Shown in pieces: positions 55,365-64,000 of a stretch of 64,000 nucleotides of DNA. The notes below the pieces were generated by a model. The model did no database searches, had not been told where the DNA came from, and saw nothing but the letters and a program-made list of their open reading frames with translations. Position numbers and translations under genes: made by a program. Origin of the DNA: Pocillopora damicornis. Lineage: Eukaryota. The stretch lies in NCBI RefSeq assembly GCF_003704095.1, contig NW_020844645.1:186001-250000 (forward strand), given 5' to 3'. Positions within the stretch are counted from its first letter, which is position 1. Every line of letters starts with the position of its first letter.

Positions 55365-55448
55365 AACAACTGGGTTGAAAATGTAAATTAGCCACTGTAA
55401 AGGGTAAAAAAACTGACATTTTGAGCGTTAGCCCTTCGTCAGAGCGAT
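55365..55448 (-). repeat. Second copy of the hammerhead-like dispersed repeat
   Basis: Minus strand ct-CTGACGA-agggctaacgctc-aaaat-gtcag..gtggctaat; related to 1471-1540. Confidence 0.5.
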
Positions 55449-56450
55449 AGAAAATGATATAAATGATATAAATGTATACACTTACTGACTGAATAGTAAG
55501 GATACAAATATGAAAAATTTTCCCATTCCCATTTCTTTCTTGAAAATTTGTCGTTCTCTTTTTCCACTTAAGACTTAAAGCTTCGCTGAAACAAAACACT
55601 TCACTGGCCACATGTCACCATTATCAAGTGCAAAATTTTACAACACATGAAAAAGTTGAAGCAAAATGAACAGTTCCACTGATGTAATTTCAAAAGTTAT
55701 ATCTTTATTTACAGTATATCGTTCTTAGCCTCTCATTCCTTGCATTTGACAATAGTGACATTAAAACCTAAGCATCTCATTCTATATAGCAACTTTTTGC
55801 TCAGCCTAGTAAGGCTGGAGTGATCAAAGGCCAAATATTTTCCTCTCCAACCTGCAGTGACTCAGTCAATAAGCATATCATTATTGTAAGACAGCTGTTC
55901 TTCCTCTTCCTTCTTCTTTGTTTCATTTTTTTACATGAGGCCCTAATCACATTATCACATACAACCCCTCTATGGAGATTTTTCATTACGTTCTTCATTA
56001 ATAAAGCTTATAAATGGGAGAATTACTCCCTGTTGAACTGAAAAGTTTGTGCCACCAACACCTGCCTTAGGAGAGTAATTTTGTGGCTGATGGTAAGGTC
56101 TGTTCTTGAGCAACTCGTGTCAGGAGGAAGAGCAATTTCACCCCAGAGTAGTTTTTTTTCTTGTGAAGGAGAGATGCAAATCAGAAACAAAGCAAAACTT
56201 GCCAGTTTCTTAAGTGTTAACATATGCCACATCTGACTTTCTTAGTTCCATCATGACATGTAAAACATTCATTTGAGACACATCAGGCAGAGAAAACCTG
56301 GGAGATTGCTACTCCAAAAATGGGCAGAAAAATAGTGTGGCAGAAAGGTTGAAATTTCTCCACCAACTTCAGTACACCTCTTTCAAAACTGCTTTAATAA
56401 TCTTTATCTGTGATTCCATACCATGTACAATTTTGAATCTCATGAATGAC

Positions 56451-58046
56451 TCAGACTTCTTCAGATAATTTGCTAGAGTCTTTTATAAAGCCATCTGCCT
56501 GCTTGGCCTCTTGAATAAGCTGCTCCACTGTTCTTTCATATTCAGCTTTTCTATCTTTGATAAAAGACATTTGGGGAAAGCGAGGTCGAGTGGAATAGGC
56601 AGGAAGAAGCTTCCTAAGGGTGAAAAGTAAAGTAATACTCACTCATAAATCTAGCAGGTCCACCTTTTTGGCAAAGTCCGTAGCACAAGTAAAAAAAATT
56701 TAATTTAATTTACATTCAGAGCTGCTATGAGGCAGAAAAAGTGCTTAAAACATTCTAGCTACCTGATGTGGTCCCTGTTTTCATTTAACAACATCTGAAC
56801 ACTCTGTTCACTGCCTTGTAATTCATCTGCAACTCTCCAGAATACAGAGGCACTTCTAAGGTTTGGAGTCATTTTAACCTGGGTGAAAAAGTTCAAAATT
56901 AATTTCAATAAAATACATATTTATCAAATTATACCTGCCTCATGTAAAAATTAACATAAACCACAAAACAAAGAAAAAAGCAGGGAAATTGTGGAAGAGA
57001 GAAAGACAGCAAGCACAACAAATCAGAAAAATTTCACACCCTGTCTTTGACCCTGAAAAACCACACCCAGTTTAGTGGCATTTCCACTCCTGGAGCTAAA
57101 TAAATAATCCAGCACATATTACTTAAAACTGACTTGTGCTCATAATTGGGACAGAACAGGAATTTTACTAACAGTACCCGTGTAATCTCCACATGGAAAT
57201 TTCCCAGGACAGGACGCAGAGCAGGTTCCATCTCTGGACCATTCAGCACATCCTGAATGACTCCAAGCAAAATGTCAGACACTGCACGCTGTCTGACAGT
57301 GTCTGGGATGTTTGGTGCATCATCTCCCTTTAAGGGGTCCAACTCAAAGACATCAATCTGTTTCCATGATGGTGACAGCTGGGTTTAATAAAGAATCAAA
57401 GTGAACAATGATCATAAAAATATATTTGCACTGGTAAATTATCATTAGACCATAGCCAAAGTGGCATAAAACATTTATAAATTGTTTAGTTCTTTGCTAT
57501 GGAAAATGAAGGGGATGCTTATAAAAAACACTTTGGTTCTGCTCAGACATAACAATATCTTTATAGAACTAAAATGGCAGCCAGGCATACTATTTTCATT
57601 TCAACATTATAGAATCATTACCTTCCTCCCTTNNNNNNNNNNNNNNNNNNNNNNNNNNNNNNNNNNNNNNNNNNNNNNNNNNNNNNNNNNNNNCACACCC
57701 CACCTAGGTCTTCAGGTTTGTCCAGCCCACTTTCAACTTTCACTCATCCCCTAAGGAAACAGTTTAAGTATTCAGTGGCCTTCCATATATCATAAAATAT
57801 TCAAATTTTCCCTTCAGTTTCTTGTTCAAAAAGAAAAAAGTATAATACATTTAACAGGCTTCAGCTAACTTACTTTGTGTTTCTCTTCTTTGATCCAATC
57901 GCAAATTTGTCTTTATACTTTGGTGTGGAGAGAGCGGAAAATATCCTTTGAGGAATAAAATGATTCTCGAAGTTCTCCAGAAAGATTCTAGGGTAGGTGA
58001 ATATCGCAAAATTAACCAATAGTCTAGATCTCCAAAGACACCTCAT
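56451..58046 (-). CDS. RBFA: Mitochondrial ribosome-binding factor A; exons 58046-57874, a probable gap-containing exon ending 57622, 57378-57178, 56878-56763, 56613-56451
   Basis: RQRAVSDILLGVIQDVL..VEITRVKMTPNLRSASVFW..LNENRDHIRKLL..RFPQMSFIKD follows the RbfA KH-like pattern; basic N-terminal presequence. Confidence 0.8.
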
Positions 58047-58137
58047 TCCTTCTCATTTTTGATACAACCTTTTTCAAACTTCTTCATGAAATGAGTAACC
58101 GCGCTCTTCTGCCTTGTGACCAGGCATCAGGTTCAAA
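58047..58137. promoter_or_regulatory. Very compact head-to-head junction RBFA / C5orf22
   Basis: Only 91 nt between the inferred divergent ATGs. Confidence 0.55.
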
Positions 58138-61100
58138 ATGGTGGACGAAGACAAGAATTTTCCCAAGCCAAAAAGAGCCAAGAAAGAGCCACGTAAATAT
58201 CCTAAAATGCCAATATGGATATGCGAAAATCACGATGAAGTCCTCTACTATATTCATAGAGCTATTGCATCAAAGCATATCGCATACGAAGGAGTTACTG
58301 TCCTTCATTTTGACTCTCACCCTGATCTCACAGTTCCCGTGAAGATGAAGGGCCACACCGTGTTTGAGCAAGAAAAACTCTACGAAGAGATTAGTATTGC
58401 GGACTGGATTCTTCCTGCTGTCTTTGCAGGACATATAAATAAGGTTATCTGGGTCAAACCACCGTGGTCAGATCAAATCAAAGAAGGTGTATTTCACTTG
58501 AAGGTTGGCCAACACAAGGAAACTGGCTTTATTAGGTAAGATACGTCTTCGACTTTGCATGTCCAAAATGGGTTAAAGACATTTAAATATTCTACGCCTG
58601 AGCACTTTACGAGTGACCAAAATCCATGTTGACGAGACCCACGTCCGTGAAACGGCAAAACGTATTCTGAACTACCCTTGTCACATCAGTAATGAGTTTT
58701 GACAGCTTGGAAATTCAGTTTACTTGTTGAGACGTATGAGCATCCACAGACTGAGGATTACTAAATCATAACCAAAACTTGAATAAAACCCTCAATGATT
58801 GATCCACTGGTCAAGAAAGCAATTTTCCAAGCCACAATTCTTCTATTGCTATTTTGAGCCAAAAAAACTCCCATCACTTTTCAATTAAATTTACCACAAA
58901 ATAATTATTTCAAACCCATCCTAAAGATGTTTACTGTAACCTGCTTTGAAAGAGTTAGGTAGGTTGAGTCTGCACTCAAGCCAGGTGGCCCTTCTAGCCA
59001 GAGCTAATCCCAGTTTATGCAGCTCTAATGGACCACAAATAATGCCACTTCCCCTTGGATGCACTACTAGTCTGTCACAGACTACCTGCCAGCATTTCAT
59101 CAGACTTCCTTGACAGTCCCCAGTACCTCTTTATACTCCTGGGTGGAGAGAAGCATTGTGAGTGGAAAGTGCCTTGCCAAAGAGCAGCACCTCAAACCCA
59201 GACCTCTCCCCCCAGAGTCTAATGCACTAAATGTTAGGCCACCACATCTCTGCATTGCCCTGAAAGAACCCTGGTTTTGTTTGACTATTATTGCTGGTTC
59301 CTAGGAAGTTCAAACTAGACTACAGTTACAACAATTTAACATAATGGTCTTTGTAAATCAGACTGCCCTGCATGTAGTCAGCAGTTGTATTTATTCAGTA
59401 AATTATGTGCATAGCCTTTTTTTCTGATTTTTCAGGGTGACATGCCCAGAGACATATTTTGTGGAAGAGCTACTTTATGCAGATGAAGCATCACTAGAAA
59501 ACTGCAAAGATTTGGAACTTGTTGTATTTACTCTTGAAGCTGGTTCAAAAGAAATCAAGGAACACACTGCTGCCCTGGAGAAAGAAAACAAAGTCTCTAA
59601 GGCATTAGATGTGGAGAATAATGAAAATAAAGTTGCCAAAGTGAGGGATCATAAACAGAGCAAAGATGCATTTGAATCATTACTTCCATCAGGCAAATCA
59701 ACTGCTCTTGAAAATAACTTTATACTTGATATAGACATGGACTTTTTTTCAACCCAAAACCCTTTCAAGCTGCTTTACACAGACGTAAGTAATAACTCAT
59801 AGGGTTCTGTTATTATCTTTTCACAAGGTGACTTACACAGCAGTTGTGTTCCATTTTAGGAAGAGTTCCTGTGGCTCAGAGATATTTATAGATTTGAAGA
59901 ACCTCTCTCAACAAGTAGAGAGGTAAGAAATTTAAAAGATGGCACTATTGTTTTGATGATTAATTTAACTACAGTCAGTTAAAGGGCAGTGACATCAGCC
60001 ACTGATTATTCAGTGGTTAGTATGAACTGATGTCAAAAACAGTAATGTGGTAATTTTTAAAGAGCTATAGAAAAAAATCAATAAATGAAGTCTAATAAAT
60101 AACTCAGTGAATAAATACCCTCATAGTTTTCAGTCATTGTTAATTTGAATTTTTGAGACATAATATGACCAAATTTGTGGCAAATTCTCTGGAGGTCCTT
60201 GCAGATTAGCTAGGCCCTTGATTTATTATGAAAAGTTTGGGAAAGACTGTACAGTTTATCTTCTGCTGTTAATAGTATATTGTGTTGACTTTCCTGGTTT
60301 CAACTTTTATTTTTTAAGTGTGCACCAATTATTCAGCAGTATTGCTGTGGTAACCAAAGTTTGTTTAGTAATTGATTTTTTATAAATCCTCAGGATTTAG
60401 AGAGCTGTGTAACATTACGGAAAGCTCAAGTGGAAAAAATTGAGGCAACTTATTCATATCTGCAACATCAATCTTCTCCTGGCAGTGAGGAGAAGTTATG
60501 TGTTGAAACATCATCTGAATGTTGTCTGAACCAAGATTTGGTTACACTAATAGAAACGATCAAAAGTCACAAAAAAGAGGAGCCTGATTATGAAATGGTA
60601 TTGTTGCTTTCTATGTATAAAATAAATGTTTTGTTGATAATAGTATGGTTAGAGTCCCAGGGCAGTGAGTGGGCAAGGGTAAGTCCAAACAGCTGCAGAA
60701 AATTTTTAGTCATGAAGAACAGCAAATAAAGATATCGTTGTTTCATTGTTTACAGAGAATAAAGGAAAAGGTTCATAATGCCGACATATTCATATCTCCT
60801 GATCAACATGATTTGCCCAGCTTTTCCCTGTTAGTTCAACATTGCAACGATATTCTGCTTAAACTTGTTTATTTGCAAAAGGGCCTTATTAAACGTCTGA
60901 GTGAGAAACTAGATTCATGTTACTGTTGTGCATCTGTTCAGTAAAAGAGCATAAAATGTGAGGCACAGGTGATTATGTCACTCACATTCTCTCTCTACAT
61001 TTTGTTTTCTCTCTGGTTTACCACTGAACAGAAACTAGGCAATATGAGAACATTTATTTTGTGTCCTCACTGAAGTTTTTGAAAAATAATTATAAACTAA

Positions 61101-61997
61101 TTTTTAAGAAATACCTATTAACCTATTTGACCTTTTTAGCTGCACTTTTCTGGGATGTCAGCAGATATTCCTCATCATGTGAGTTCTTCAGAAATGATTG
61201 ACAGTCTGATGCAATCTATGGCAGCCATGTTGAAATGTTTTCCAAAGCCAACCTTCATCACTATGGCTAGGTACAGATGCTGTTTTATCCTACCTTTGTT
61301 GTTTTCTCTCCCATATCATAGTAAACCTAACAAAAATTAACCTTTTTTCCAGGGCCACTGTACTACTCTCTCCTCCCCCGCCCACTCAGAAATTTGGTAG
61401 CAATACTTCTACTCCATTCATGTTGCTCTCTGTTTCTCCTGACCAGTGGATGTCTTGCTAAGCATATTGAAGGGAACAAAAGGTTACAAGTGAGAAATGG
61501 GATATCGAAAAAATAAAAACCACCTCTGCCTTTTCCAACTTTAATTGCTCACCCTCCCTTAAAGAAATCATCTGGTAAGACTGTAATGGAGCTAAGTGTA
61601 AATTCTAGGCAAGAATAATCTCAGCAGATATGATAGGTCGATCTCGTCTCAGACTTATAGACTTGTACTTTTTATTGGCTCGGTTCTCAGATGGTCTTAG
61701 GAGAGAAGATAGAGAACGAAAAGGCAGCCTCATACCCCAATAGTATCAGAATTACTTTAACACTGCCATTTCATGTTTTTCTTATTCTCTAGAAAGGCTT
61801 CAGAAATCTTTATTAACAGTTTTTTATCTATAAATTTACAGTTAACAAGGTTTACTCAGTCACTTTGATTTGACTTTAGGTCGTCATATGATGAATATAC
61901 CCCTCCAGATCAAATAGAGCACATTCAGTCATGTCTTCTGAGAGTTATGTCAAGTCTTTATGGTGAAGACATAGCAGTAAACAAGTGCTATCAGTAA
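58138..61997 (+). CDS. C5orf22: UPF0489 protein C5orf22 homolog; exons 58138-58535, 59436-59784, 59860-59922, 60394-60597, 61140-61270, 61880-61997
   Basis: ENHDEVLYYIHRAI, HFDSHPDL, ISIADWILPAVFAGH, WVKPPWSDQI, ILDIDMDFFSTQNPF, DIPHHVS, ITMARSSYDEYTPPDQ. Confidence 0.9.
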
Positions 61998-62200
61998 ACA
62001 AACGATGTGGATATTTAGTTTGAATTGAACTGGATCTTCTGCTTGGACATTGGATATGTTTGTAGGATCTCACACATGATTTCAAATGAAATAAATCTCT
62101 CAATGAACCATGTTTCGTCTGCGTTGAGTTTCTTGAGTTTTCAGCGACTGAACATGTCTTTAATCGGTCTAGTGTGTAACAGCGCGGGAACTTACATGTT

Positions 62201-62872
62201 TCTTACTAACCTCGTTTTCTTTGTCCGTACTGTAAGTTTCGGACAGAGGTTTCAGTTTCTCTTGGATTTATGACCCAAGCGCGAAGCGCGCGATCTACAA
62301 ATGCGAGCGGAAAAAAACGAAGTTCCTTATATTATCGAGGTTCCTTATATTATCATACGACCCGTACCGGCTCCGCTTTCGCAATCCCATAGAAAACCAA
62401 AGTGGAAGATGACTTAAGTATCGCCGGACGTGTTGGCGTGAGCCGGTACGGAAAAAGCCGTCCGGCGCTAGTGCGCTTGTACGGCTTTGTTGCAAAAAAA
62501 GAAAAGACACAAAAAAAAATATATCTATATCTTCTTCGCTATTGTTGCAAAATTTGAGTGACAGCAGTGAACAGAAATGAGAAAATAAGTCGCGTTTTTC
62601 GATGAATTGTGAATCTCTTGTTCTGACTCAAAAAAATTAGAGGGAAAATTTTAACATAGAACATCTTTTCCGCCCGCGCCTGTCTATCACGTCCTATTTC
62701 GGTTAAAACAAAATTTTCAAAGTCTTGAAAATTAAGTCAGTGGGCATATGATAAAATGCTTATTAATTGAGTGGGAGGGCCTGACGGGAAAATATTTCGC
62801 TCGAGGTCAAGTCAGGGCGGGAGAGCCTTCCACTCAGTCAATGAGTACATAGAGAAAACGAGGTTAGCAAGA
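62201..62872. mobile_element. MITE-like element with ~20-bp TIRs, apparently carrying nested repeat sequence
   Basis: tcttactaacctcgttttct (62201) versus agaaaacgaggttagcaaga (ending 62872), one mismatch. Confidence 0.6.
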
Positions 62873-64000
62873 TATTTATTGTATCTTTAGGTTCAAATAG
62901 AGGGGGAATTTTCAATTCAAACAACTTTTTGAATTTAGTTGTCAATGAAATATGGCCCGCACAATTGACCGACTTTTATAGGTTCCCATAGCGCGGGAAA
63001 ATGTGCAAAAGGCAAATTGGGTTTGGTTTAGATAGCAAAAGCGCCGGTAAATACGTCAAAGGTAAAGTCCGATTTGTTTAAGTTACAATATCATTGGAAC
63101 ATTTGAAATTCATGAGTCACTGTTGCAGCTGAAATTCACGATAGTTTGTCTAATGGTCCTGGGTCCTGGGTACAAGTGGTTGACCACGGCTAAGGTGTGA
63201 GAGCAAGTCGTAGGTGATCAGTGAACAATCATGATTAACATTAAATTTATTATTAAAGATAATAAGTGAAGAAATTTTTACAAAAGGAAGAAGTTATAAA
63301 TCGTGAAAGTTTGGATGTAGTCATTTTATGAAGTAAAAACGGACTTTGGAAAAAAAGAACAAAAAAATTTGAATATTATTTTTCCAAGAAAATAAATACT
63401 GGTTGTTTCTAAGCAACATAAGTTGAAAATAAAGTATCCATCCTCCACTGTACGTCCTCTATGGAGGATAGGTGAAAATAACATCTTGTCTTCCACAGTT
63501 TTAAATAAGAACATGAAATAAACTCTAAGCAACCTAAGAGATCCATCCGTTATGTTTCGAAAAGTTATCATGACAAGCTCGAAAGCGCCGTCTTTCCATC
63601 AATTCATTTCCCTTGTTCCGAGTGTTCCGAGTCAGACGTTTGATTGTAAATTGTTCTATTCTTGTAAATTGTGCAACTCAAATGCTAACGGAATTTCCGA
63701 ACTACTTTCTTTTGAGCAAGGCATGTTCTTGTGCATAGTTGCAATGAATTTTGATTGTGGTGCGGTACATAAAGAAGTGTCTGAGCGAATGGCCAAAATT
63801 GAGCTATGGGACGCCATTGTGCTGAGACGAATTCTATTTTATCTCTATATTTTGCAATATTTTAGGGTTCTTCTCAGGCAAGCGACTAAAACTGGCGCGA
63901 GGAAAGCACGAGGGGTGAGACACCCGTGCGTCCTTTTCGTGTTCGCCTCGCTTTTACCGCGCGCGCCCGAAAAACGCGAATTAAAAGAAAGAACACGACA

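Overview
AT-rich, intron-containing animal DNA with 8 assembly gaps. Gene content and repeat types suggest a cnidarian, probably a stony coral (inference). In order: BLVRA (-, 5 exons); an intronless 1332-aa NACHT-LRR (NLR) gene (+); a selenocysteine-type MsrA (-) with an in-frame TGA at the catalytic site and a SECIS-like hairpin downstream; a decayed LINE; a FabL/FabI-like SDR (+); a rearranged cluster of cytosolic sulfotransferase genes and fragments (22-43 kb) interrupted by a Tc1/IS630 fragment and a TIR-bounded ISL2EU/Harbinger-type element; GOT2 (-, 12 exons); an 8-finger C2H2 gene (+); RBFA (-); and a C5orf22/UPF0489 homolog (+). The standout is the NLR. Its N-terminal ~225 aa is a four-TM domain that, aligned by eye, follows the connexin pattern, including a coordinated loss of the middle cysteine pair and a glycosylatable loop-2 insert. 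This suggests a connexin-like large-pore channel fused to a NACHT-LRR sensor in a non-chordate. All family assignments come from manual motif reading; no searches were run.
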